Of a DNA stretch of 64,000 nt, positions 52,037 through 64,000 are shown in pieces (position 1 is the first letter of the stretch; every line of letters starts with the position of its first letter). Origin of the DNA: Trichoplax sp. H2. Its lineage: Eukaryota. Both the position numbers and the translations under genes were made by a program. The notes under the pieces were generated by a model. That model did not search any database and was not told the origin of the DNA. It saw only the letters and a list, made by a program, of their open reading frames with translations. Where the stretch lies: NCBI GenBank assembly GCA_003344405.1, contig NOWV01000174.1, positions 1-64,000 of the forward strand, given 5' to 3'.

Positions 52037-55000
52037 TTACATATCCGGAATAGGAGGAGATCTTACTGACTCAGTGGATCCAATACTAGCAGTGGTTGCA
52101 AATCTGGGTTCTGGCTTGTAGCTCTTTGCTTTCGGTGTAGTACCCCTACCCATAAAGCCCCTGATTAAATCTATTGGAATTGGGAAAATAATGGTTGAAT
52201 TCTTTTCACTTGAGATTTGCGTTAAAGTTTGCATATATCTTAATTGCAATGCCGCTGGAGAAGCAGCAATAACATCGCCAGCCTCCTTTAGTGCTCTTGA
52301 AGCGTTTTGCTCTCCTTCAGCCGAGATAACCTACGAATCAACGCCAAATTTTAATTACAAAATAGTGTAATCATTTCGTTAAATCGTCGATACTATTAGG
52401 AATCTACCAATAATATATCTAGGTCGTTCATATAAAGATATTTGATACCTTAGCTCTAGCTTCACGAGAGGCTTCAGCTTCCGCAGCCATAGCACGTTGT
52501 AATTGCACAGGCAAGCGAACATCTTTCACTTCGACTCGTTCAACTTTAATTCCCCAGGCATCAGTAGCATCGTCCAAAACTGACTGAATATGAAATTGAG
52601 TTATATAATAAGAAAAACAAGAATCTTCCAATTTAAATCTGCCATATGATTAACATTGCGAAGTTATTACGCTTCATAACTTGCAGCATACCTGCATTTG
52701 ATGACTAGTCGTTTCTCGATCTAATAATATTTCAGACATGTTTTTGGTACCCAAAACATTTCTAAGAGTAGTTTGAGCAAGTAGGCGCGTTGATACATCG
52801 AAATTTTCAATATTCATTACAGCCATAGTAGGATCACAAACGCGATAATAGACAACTGCATCAACTGCAACTGTCACGCTATCTCTAGACAAAATCTGAC
52901 ATATATTGCAAATAAAATCATTTAATCAATCTTTGCATAAAATTTTCCAATAGTTCCAAAAAAACAATTATTTCTCTACCAATGTGATTGTAATATGTAT
53001 AATTCAAGATACAAAATTGCATCCAGAGTATTACCCACAAAGGCAATTATCAATAATAATTACGATTTCTATCGGACTTACTTCTTGAGGCGGAATATCA
53101 AAGGCGACAGTACGCAAGTCGATTTTGTGATATTTATCAGTACAAGGATTTATCCAAAATAATCCTAATTAGACAACATGAAATAGGTAGGATCTTACTA
53201 AAATTACGTTAATATCAAGCAAGTCATATTAGAATAGACGCCATAAATTTAGTAATTTGCAGCTATTGGTGCTAATTGATAATGAAGTAGCATTAACGTG
53301 ATCATGGGAGTCAAATCTAAGACATAAATTGAGTCATAGCAAAATATTTATCCAATTACGTGACGCCTGATTCACCAAACTTCTCAAGTACAGTACAGCT
53401 AAAAAACGACAAAATTTGAACGAATCTCAATATACGCTAGCCGCTCGTACAAAAATTGTGTTAATCTATATGTAGAGACGGGGCACTACTTACTGAAATT
53501 TCTATAAGATAGAAAGAGAATCCTTCATTTGCAACTTATGACTTTTCAGTAACAATCAAGAGTTGTACACTACGCGGAGAGGGTAACCGATAACTAATGT
53601 GCTTTGCTTGGTATCGTACGTATTGCAGTTGAAAGCAATTGTCAATAACTTTAATTTACTTCAATTTTTAGATTATCAGGATAGTTTGTTAAATTAAATA
53701 GCAATCAAATCTTATACCTGGTCCTCTGGCACCACCAGAAAGCAACCTGCCTAATCGAAACATTACTGCCCTTTCATATTCTTGTACAATCTAAGAAAAA
53801 AACATTACGACAAAGCTTGCATCAATGAAACAGTGCTGACTAATGGTAAGGACGTATTATGGCAGAAAACCATTTCGAAAAGAGATTAAATGTGAGAGGT
53901 AAATATAATTATTCATTTCAGCATGTATTGCAATGTCTAGCTTAGCAACTGTTCACTGTAGAACGTTAGAAGAGTACAATGAACAATAGGCTGGCCAAGA
54001 TCCAATCGAGAAGTCTTTGTTACGTTAAAATTAGCCAACAAGCCCATAATCGGAAATAACATGACTAAGTGTCCTTACATAGACATGGTTGGCGATAGCA
54101 TAGCTTTCCGTATTTTATCCAGGATTGTAACGAATGATTAAATGATTTAAAATGTAATTTGTTTGCTTACTATCGTATGAGAGAAATTAAATATGATTTA
54201 CTGGTATGTAGAATACTAAAATTAGCAATTACACCATCTGGCTGACCGATATTTTACATAGTCAATTATTGTTGACAAAAGATACCGTTAAAAAATAACG
54301 AACCTAACCTCCAAAAATTTCAGCATCACTACAATTTTATATCCAATATCCACTATTAATGAGGCCTTATTACCGTACTGAAAAGCAGAGCCTCTAAAGT
54401 ACTTCATCCGATGATTGTGAGGACATTACTAAAAATTTCTACAAAAAACCCCTTGCTGAAGTGTACAGTAAGCTACAACGATGTATACTGTAGAATTGTA
54501 ACAGCAAACAAACGTCCTAACTACAGTATAACGGCAATAAGATGAATCAAGAAATTCTGCCATGATATATTCCATCTGGCATCACGACCATTGCGAACTG
54601 AATGTGCATTAGATCATGTGTGTGTAAACGGCATGTGTTAAATTAAAAATCGAACGGTAACTTTCCTAGTTTAGAAATAGCACACCGAATACAATTTATC
54701 TATTTATACACCTGATTATGGTTTGATTTGATTTAAACGGTTTAATATATTGAGTAGCGTGTCATCAACAGGACATAAAACATTTCCTACCTTAATGCAA
54801 TGGAAGATCATGATTGGAAAAGTGATTATGAGAAATATGTAGGAGATAATCAGAATTATATTTCCACAAACTCCGTAGTTAGATTGAGCTTCAGCATCTA
54901 AACGGTAAAAATTATTTTTCAAGTTAAGTATTGTATTAGAATAGGGAAAAATTGACAAGAGTGCTTATCGGTACATGGCTTATTTAAAGAGATGGACCAT

Positions 55001-55845
55001 CTAGAGCAAGATAAATTTGGACGATATTATACAGTGTGTATCATGTACATCTTGGAATGACTTATGAGTGCAGAAATGTTACTGTAACAGCAAGATGGCA
55101 TTGTAACGAAATAAGTTTCAAAGTATTATAGTTCATCATCTACGTTGTTATGGAAGTCAAGTGTTTCCAAATATTCAGCAAAAATATTGTCAGTGAAGTA
55201 TTGACACACTGTATTTTTAAGAGTATCTATCGTATGAACTTTATAATTTGTTGTTGTACATATTCAATGTTTCATCATAATTTGGCTTGAGCGATGAAAA
55301 TTCAGCAAGGTGCCAATAAGACCCTTGCTGCCTATATATAAGATATACTATGCCATATATCGTTTTTGCGTATTTAATAACTTTCAAGAACTTCAAGATG
55401 TGTACAGTACAACAACATCATCGCTGTTTCTATCGATCGGCAATTTGTGAACAATTAATCAGAGATGTTTGCGATAGTATGAATTTTGTAGTGTATCAAT
55501 CACTTGGGATCTCATTTTTAAGAAAATCACTTTTTTCAATCATTGTTAGCAAAGCGTGATTGTGGAATAAACTGGTGATGATGTATGATACAGTAGTACG
55601 AGTTGTATTAAAGTTACCTGTTCGACATACATCCAAAAATTGTACAAATGATGATGAACCTAATTACTGTATCACTGTCAGTAAATACTGTCTACGAAAG
55701 TTGACGAAGAGGATCAATTCGATTAAACGTTTAATCGAATGGATTCCTGTAAGGTTAGATATAGATATGTTTTACCTCGATTAAATACTGCCTGCTCTGA
55801 GCGTATAGGAAGTTCACGGAATCCAATTTCTTCTTTAGCAGCCAT
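52037..55845 (-). CDS. Stomatin / MEC-2-like SPFH (band 7) protein A, 321 aa; exons 55845-55776, 54897-54791, 53790-53718, 53164-53082, 52895-52692, 52583-52449, 52330-52037
   Basis: Hydrophobic hairpin with Pro (ITFPIM), [86 protein letters not shown]. All phases are compatible. Confidence 0.95.
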
Positions 55846-57199
55846 TCCGCTACTAATCTAAAGTAGTGGAGAATAGAATTAAATTATATTAATCCTATGC
55901 AAGAGGTCGTTTCAAAATTGATTTCCAAAGTCGGCCAAATCAACTTGCTAGCGTAAACTAAACTACATACGAATATTGATAAACATTTCAACTTGATCAC
56001 TCGATAGCTAGCAACTTGTATCAACTTCTCTATAGGTAAGAATTCATAACAACTGCATTTTAATGACTATTTTCTATTGCAGTAGCGATCTCAAATGATG
56101 GATGATAAAGTAAAATCAATTAGTTCATCCATCCTACATAGGTTGTCCTTCAACATAGAAATAGCACATGAAAGGCGTTGATCTAAAGCCATGTTTTTGT
56201 TGTTGGATTTAATTTAGCAATAATGAATCTACCTACTGCATGTTGTACCTTACCTCTCAATTCTACAGTACTACACGGGCTGGATTGAGCGCTTTGCCAC
56301 GTTAATCGGGCTTACAACTTGTATCCAACTATCTACAATTCAACGGCTGTCTATTCTAATAGTCACTCTAGTCTATACTAAACGATTGGATCTGTTTATC
56401 TTCTACTTGAAAAGAAAGATAAAGTGATTTCAAAATTTTTCCCTTACTATTCAGGCAAACCTACTGTATACAAAGCTTCAACATGGAAATACTGTTGGTT
56501 ACTGTAGACTAATGATACAATAGACTATTCAATCAATCAATCCAGTTGGTATTACTACTGTGCTCTCCTGTAGTCTAGTGTTAATGTGTCCTGTAGGAAT
56601 ACTCGTTCAATGTCTGGGTGGACGATTGCAATCGCTGGACTATTACTGTCTATCCTACTCCAACTTTGGTAGCGATGGCAAAATAAATGAAAACAAGACA
56701 CAGTACTTGCGCACTTGGACAGACTATCATTTACTCTTATAGTATTGATGAACAACGGTTGCATACGGCAGCACAGCATGGCAATATGCCGGTTGCTCAA
56801 TTGGTAATTGTCAATCTCCACGCATCCTTATGTCATGATATTAACTACTGTAACAGCTCGGATCCACCTCCTCCATTGAATGTGCTACTTGAACTCGCTC
56901 ATCAATAACGATAAAAGTGTGAAGGAAATGATCAAGCATGATGGTAGTGTAGTTTTGATGGATTGAAATACAATCTATTGCAGACGAGATCACCTCGCTT
57001 ACCAATGGATAGCTATCATCATTCATAGCTCATGAGTTTTGGCCGTTTTGCAGTGAACGTCAGGTTCACTCTCCTAATCTATCTTCAATTTCTCTATTTT
57101 GCAGCAATATCCCACAATCAGATGATAGAATGATTCAGATTGAAATAGGTTCAATTTCTTGTTCACTTTCCAAGCGTGCAAAGCAGGATTTCCACTTGG

Positions 57200-57990
57200 C
57201 TTGGAAACTCGCTTTGCTAAGTAGTGTACTGTAGAGTTACTAGTACTATTGTTTTCAAGTCATGTGACTAAGCCATTTTAGTTTGGCAGGCGAAGGAAGG
57301 GACTACATGACGTCATTGTATTACGGTATCGTACCGTAACGTTAAGCGAAAGCTTAAAACACCTTCTACTGTACTTTCGGTACGGTATACACTACAGTAC
57401 ATTTTTACATAACAGTACAGTACACTGCACTTGTCACTGCTGCACTGTACAGTACGCTGTACACTGATTGTACAGCGTGCATTTTGCTATGCAATGAAAC
57501 ACAAGCCATACTGTGAAGCCTTCCGTATCGTTCGTACAGTACAATACAGTTTTAGGATGGGCTACTATTCTAAAAATAACACTGTAGACGTCACATGACC
57601 TCATGAAGAACTCTATAAAAGCCATGCTTGAAGCAACGATGATTGTCATCCAAAGAGAGATTCTACTGTCACGTCCTGCATTGCATTGTACACTGTCAAG
57701 TAGTATTGTTACCATAGACTGACAAAGGAGAAGTTCGTCTTCAAAACAGTTCACCTTCCCAACCACTGCCGTGACTCCCTGCTTCAATAACAATAAGGGT
57801 CAATTGCCGTATTTTGTCTGTCCGTCGCCATTACCGTATCATTCAGTACTGTACCGTGTATACAGTACTTGGATAGCCAGTTCTACAGTGTATAGACAGT
57901 AGTGTAACAGTTCACACTTGGCTTTCATTAGTGCACCAAGTTTTTCCTTCGCTTGCTTACCCACTTTGAAATCTTCCTTGGAAACTCGCT
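57200..57990. promoter_or_regulatory. Candidate bidirectional promoter between the divergent stomatin genes
   Basis: Perfect CRE TGACGTCA at 57308-57315 adjoining GGGACTACA (57299-57307), TATAAAA at ~57614, a 14-mer CTTGGAAACTCGCT at 57200 and 57977, and ACAGT/ACTGT clusters. Confidence 0.55.
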
Positions 57991-58003
57991 GGGAAATAGT
58001 AAA

Positions 58004-61000
58004 ATGGCTGATAAAGGAGAAATATCTCAGCGCGAAATAAACCCTAGAAGTGAAAGTGTTGGCTTCACTCGATGTAAGTTTTTTTTTTTGTATCCAAAAT
58101 AAGAAAAGAGGGGGAAAGAAATGGCGCAAACTAAGCTGTACATTACTGTACATTGTTGACACTCATAATACCCCAAGTCGGTTCCATCACGATAGGTTGA
58201 GCCTGTGTGGACGATAGGTACACACCAGGATAAGTAAATTATATTATTCATGGCGCTATCATATGAATTCATTAAATACTATATGCTGAGAGTTAGCGCA
58301 ATGAAATGTGAACAATGAATTCAATTCTTGGTAGTACTGCTGTAGTTTGGAAGCGTCGATAACATTAGACAATATATGGCAATGAGCGCATTCCAAGCTG
58401 ACCCAATTTTTACCCTACCCTTTATTTCGTAATTGGGAATACATAAAGCCAATGATTCAGGTAGACACAACGCTAGTGGGAGACATATGGAAATTGCATA
58501 TTGCATTGCTTGAATTGTGGATACAGTATAGTATATACAGTACGATATTGATGAATCAAGTCAATCAACCGTCGTTCAATGATTATCTCTTAATAGAGTG
58601 GCAGTAGTCGAACACAGAAAAAGCAATCTTAACCCTTAATCACGATCGACTAAGAGTGGAAACGTAACGGTGGCCTTCTCCGCTGTTGCAAGGACTCGAC
58701 TGTCAGGCACTCCCACTAAGATACTGCAGAATAATAATAATAATTATTATTACAAGAAGTCCCCGGTACTGCCATAGGATGAGTGGCCAATGCTGCACAT
58801 TAAGGATATTGCAAATTGCTCCAAATCCTTCACAATTTCATTTTACTCGTTTAGAGATTGGTTCATTTACTTTCATAAGCTACTCTGCAGTACTTTGCAG
58901 CAGAGACGACTTACATTACCATATCAACTAGTATCGTCTAGTCAGCTGCTGTACCTGTCCAATGTCCATGATAATAGCCTGTAGTAATAGTGAGGTAAAG
59001 AAAGACCGTCAAAGCCAATGCCGGCAAATATCCCTACTTTTAGATCCCTAGCTGTACTCCACAATCAATTAAAAAGTGTAGTCATTCTTTCACTGTACCA
59101 TAGAGATCTGTAAAAAATCGAAATCTTATTCACCCGTAATTAATTAGTATTGTATAGCCTACAGTCAACTCAAGTAGATGTGAAAATACGAGCTACTCAT
59201 CATACAGCAGTTGGAATCTGATTGTTTCTTCTTCCAAAAAATTACTATATCATCAAAAAAAGATGCTACAGACTTTTAGAACAAAATAGATATACCAAAT
59301 CAACTGTGCCTATATTATATCGTAGTTAGTATGGACAGGATTACCGTTATTATTAAATACTAACTTAATGTGCTATTGACAAGATTGTGTAGATAGTTAT
59401 TTTGATGAAACCCTGCTGAAAATGTAACGTAATCAAAGTTCTTCCTACAGTATTACTTGGTGTACATTAGCTACATATAATTCAACCCGGTGGCAAGATA
59501 TATTTATTGAAATATTCAAGAATGAAGTCGAAATCAAGCACGATAGGACGCGGCTATTTTAAATTCACTTGCCCTAATTTATATCATAGATATTTTGATT
59601 TATCCAAATTTTAAACGTATCTGGACGTGAAAGGTGTCAAGTTATCAAGTGTCGAAACATGCGTATAACAAGCAATCATCACTTCTCAACTCTGTTACGC
59701 TCTATCTTATCTGGTAGAACACTGTAGTTAGGCATCACTGCACAACCTACCGTAAAGGCAATCATATTCCTCAACTACTGTAGTCGAGCTTATGAGGACA
59801 TCTTGTTTTTTAATTTTGAAAGTCACTTAATTGTAATACAATTATTTTCTACCTCTTGTGAAACAATCGTAGTCGAAGAACGTACTGGATGCATGTGAAG
59901 AAATGCTCACATTAAGAACATCATGCAGCAGCAGTTGAGTAATTAAGAAAAATTGACCTGTACTTATTAATTTAAGAAACAAGAAGTAAAGCAAATTTCT
60001 GTTACGGTATGCTAATTATAATTATTATTGTATTCGGTGTACGCGAGTCTCTTTCTCTAGGGTCTATGCTTAACCATTATAATTCAGGTTAATTACTGTA
60101 CTGTATTACCTTTCACGAACCCTCTCTAATCAATCGCAACATTAAATATTCAAAATTGGAAAGCCATTAAAGTGCTATCGCATTAGTACAGTACTCAGTA
60201 TCACTTGTTGGGCCTTTGGTAATAACTACCTTTCGTCGATAATGGTTGAAAAGTCGTTAGAAAAATCTTAATCCTACGTATTGTATATTTATGGGTACAG
60301 TAATACCCCTCTACCAGGGCATCGGTGTTCATTTTCTTCACCAGTCTACTCGTAGCAGTAAATAGTGATCCTGCCACTTGGTATTACGGAATTGGGAATG
60401 TTAGGGTCAATAGGTAAAATACTTTTTTGTCTTGACTATATGTCAATGCAATATAAAGTCCCGACAAGAAAATAAATATGAATAGTTAAACCAGATCGAT
60501 TGGAGTGATTTTGACAGTGACGTCTGTATAGGATAGCGGCCGTTGCTATGGAAGAAAATTTATTAATTAGCATATTTAATATTAATTAATTAATCCAGTC
60601 CAACCCCATGGAAGCCCTGCAATCTAAGATTACTGTACTGCCAATTATTTGTAGTAAAGATTACTATATTTTCGTACTGCGCAAGTCTCAATACCAGTAG
60701 ATTTACTCGATGGTTGCACAATCCACTTCGACACTATATTGTACTAGACTTACGGAAAGTAGCGTAAACTAAATACTTACACTTTTGGTTCTTATGTTTA
60801 CTGTACAGTATACTATAGCTTAGTAGAACTGTAAATTAATATCAATAAAGAGTATCCGTATATCGACTGGTGCTCATTAACGAGTCGAACGACCATTTTA
60901 CACGCTTCAATTCTACTAATTATCGTATTTCATAATGTCATTTGTACGGTATTTTGTTCTCTGAATTATTCCTACCCGTCATTGAGTCGACTGCAAGTAG

Positions 61001-62992
61001 ACAATTGATAATGGTTAGATGTGCATGTTAGACTATTCTAAGTTGGGTGATACTTATTTAAACTTAATGTTATAGCGTCATAGTTTGTTGAGCGAGCACT
61101 GTATCCTCAACATTTAAACGACTAGTGACTATGGTAATACTATTCGCAATCGTGTCACTTGAACAACTTTGATAATTAAAATGCATTAAAATATTTAATT
61201 TTATAGCTCCTTCGACTGAGGAAGGATATGGTTGCTGTGGAATTATCCTAATGGCGATTTCCTTCCTGGTAATGTTAGCAACCTTACCAGTCTCGATTTT
61301 CATGTGTATCAAGGTACGTATTATTCCTAATGGAGATAGCGGATGATTTAACAGTATCCTGTAATGGAGGATCTTTATAAAATTATTATCACAATCACCA
61401 TTACGTTTACACGCATAATAGGCTAGCAATTTATAATTTTCTGTACAACAGTTTGTTTGAAGATGACATATTTCTCATTAAATAACTAATAACCTCAGTT
61501 GCTGTAACCTCACGACTCTAAAATTTTTTTTATTATACGAAAATGTTTCAAACAGGCGTTAATTCTGCTCAAAATGTAACATATGCGGCTAGCTAGATCT
61601 TATGTACACAATATTTTGAAAGATGACAAACTACACGTCTATTTATTAGAGTCGTTAAAATCCAAGTATTAAGTGATCGGACATTACCTGATTGTCTAAT
61701 TCCATAACTCTTTAGGTCGTACAAGAATACGAAAGAGCTGTTATTTTTAGATTGGGTCGCCTTATGCAAGGAGGGGCTAAAGGACCTGGTAAAGCATTAT
61801 AAGTGAATTTACATATTATGCCTGATTTCTACTCATGTACAAACCTACGATCGCAGTAACCTTTGTATTCAAAGCTTGTAACACATTGTATTTGTTGATA
61901 CTAAGCCTGATCGTTTTACATTTGTAGGGTTGTTTTTTATTCTTCCATGCACAGACACCTACATTAAAGTCGACTTGCGTACCGTGTCCTTCGATGTTCC
62001 ACCGCAAGAGGTAAACTATAGTGCTCTCTATTGATTACCATATACAACAGAACGCAGCAGTAAAACGTGCATTGGTACTACGGTAGTTATCGATATGGTA
62101 CGTTTATTAACCGAGATTATACTTCATAATAATGGAATCTATGGACTTTGTAAAATGTAGATACTGTCAAAAGACAGCGTAACTGTTGCTGTGGACGCAG
62201 TCGTTTATTTCCGAATCTTTGATCCGACGATGTCTGTTACTAACGTTGCCGATGCAGATCGTTCCACGAAACTATTAGCACAAACAACCCTAAGAAATGT
62301 TTTGGGTACTAAAAATTTGACTGAAGTTTTAGCTGACAGAGAACAAATTAGTCATTATATGCAGGTAAGAAAATATTTATTTTCTTAGAAGATCTACTTA
62401 CTGTTGAGTGTATTTGTAGTTAAATTAATATTTTCGTCTGGTAGTCCATCTTTGGCCAATATGTCTAAAACTAGAAGATAACAAATTATGAATTGACTTG
62501 TCGATTGGTTTTTAACATTGCTATTTTATTTGACAAAAAGACTACATTAGATTCAGCTACCGATGTTTGGGGAGTAAAAGTCGAACGTGTAGAAGTAAAG
62601 GATGTCCGCCTTCCAGTACAACTCCAACGCGCTATGGCCGCCGAGGCGGAAGCTACACGAGAGGCTAGAGCTAAGGTACTGTATGCTATTATAATTTCAC
62701 AAATGAAAGTACAAAAAATAGTAATGCTCATCGACTTGTTTGCGTTTAGGTTATTGCGGCTGAAGGTGAACAAAACGCTTCAAGAGCATTTAAGGAAGCT
62801 GCTGATGTAATATCTGCATCGCCTGCTGCCCTTCAGTTACGTTATATGCAAACATTATCCCAGATTGCATCGGAAAAGAACTCAACAATTATATTCCCAT
62901 TGCCCATTGAATTCATGAAAGGTTTCATGGGTAATGAACAACCTTCGCAGGATCAAACTATGGTGAAGGCGCCTTCAGTTTCTAAACTTTAA
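58004..62992 (+). CDS. Stomatin / MEC-2-like SPFH protein B, 304 aa; exons 58004-58073, 61207-61313, 61716-61788, 61928-62010, 62161-62364, 62541-62675, 62750-62992
   Basis: First six exons have the same lengths as paralogue A (70,107,73,83,204,135). First exon MADKGEISQREINPRSESVGFTR is homologous to [23 protein letters not shown]. Canonical stomatin motifs throughout; ends ...PSVSKL*. Confidence 0.95.
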
Positions 62993-64000
62993 CTCGTGTT
63001 ATGATAATTTGATAATCTATAATGGAAGCCAATTAATGGTACTTTGACATGTTTTGTTAACTAGCCGTTAAAATTCAAGGTAAAGGTGAAGTCCTAACAT
63101 TTTCATTGCTGATTTATGAAGGCATATAGCATAGCTAAAGCTATTCTTTGGTGTAACGGTCTTCCCTATTTCTAGCCACTTAAAAGCTTACTTAGGTAGA
63201 TATCTATAAAGTGTCGTGTACTGGCTCAACTTCGATAGCTTTATATTATCTAGTCATCATCATGTTGTAATGAAATGGCTGTTTCATCGTAGACTCAATA
63301 CTAACTGTAGTAATTATCTTAACCATCTTATTCACTTACTGCGTAATACAGTAAATTGTTCTGAATGCGTGCGTATGTTATCGAATAGCGTGATAGTTTT
63401 GACATTGTACGCCCCTAATGTACCTATGATTTCTCAATTTAAGTGGCTCAATAAAATATACGAATTCCTAAATAAAATAATTCATTTAAAGATTTTCTTG
63501 AATCTATTGGATTATTCAAAGAGAATTGGATGTATTAATCATGCCATGAAAGTAATTTCAGTAAACAGTTCTGAATTTTCGATCTGTCAGTGTTAAGGCA
63601 GAGAAGCAGCCGCTTAACTTCTGTATCTCATTGTCACGAAAGTAATCTTCGGGACGTATACTTTATTTCTATGTTACGTTCTATATATGTTCATATCTCA
63701 GAAATGTTTTACGGTCTCCTTAATTGTAACTATAGTGGTTAACAGTCGATATCCTTAATTTAGGATTACGTAGACTAAAGTAGTAATCGCCAACCAGTTA
63801 AACTAGATTGTTGTATCTATCACCTCCAAAGTTCTCAAGGCTCAAACTACAATTTCTAAGTTTAGAGGAAATATCTTAGTAGGATAGCTTTGTATGTATC
63901 TGTTAAACTATGATTAAAGCTTTGATTATTTTAAAAATTGATACAGTAAATTTAATAGGATATTTGCCTTGGAATATCAATTGATTGCTATTCCAAATAG

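Noticed and set aside
56555..58984. Several 60-119 aa ORFs between the stomatin genes
   Set aside because: No recognisable domains; they overlap UTR, promoter and repeat sequence and the true first exon of stomatin B.
60398..60654. Alternative first coding exons for stomatin B (MLGSI, MEALQSK...)
   Set aside because: The 58004-58073 exon matches the paralogue's first exon in sequence, length and phase and is far better supported.
63216..63596. 126-aa ORF downstream of stomatin B
   Set aside because: GTG start, no motif, AT-rich composition typical of 3' or intergenic sequence.

Overview
AT-rich, intron-containing animal genomic DNA with no prokaryotic organisation. Compact GT-AG introns, clusters of the ACAGT/ACTGT pentamer and the gene content suggest a placozoan such as Trichoplax; this is inference, not a database match. 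Eight protein-coding genes were reconstructed by hand, the five multi-exon ones from splice phases: a 14-exon GABA-B-like class C GPCR (4380-11570, +), two single-coding-exon PTTG1IP/PBF-like PSI-domain membrane proteins (17117-17809 and 21764-22435, +), a complete FUT8 alpha-1,6-fucosyltransferase (27589-25183, -), a single-coding-exon GNAT resembling insect-type arylalkylamine N-acetyltransferases (32046-31303, -), a glycoprotein-hormone-receptor-like LGR (44004-49978, +), and two head-to-head stomatin/MEC-2 paralogues with identical intron positions (55845-52037, -; 58004-62992, +). Non-coding features include a solo LTR with a perfect 5-bp target-site duplication and two 20-N gaps, each flanked by duplicated sequence in which one copy carries an LTR-like insertion (probably two haplotypes, i.e. 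polymorphic insertions). There is also a candidate bidirectional promoter with a perfect CRE, and several cryptic or decayed exons. I found no wholly new multi-gene system. The best leads are the apparently recent LTR activity, divergent ligand and activation residues in both GPCRs, the possibly horizontally acquired GNAT, and the -SKL-ending stomatin.
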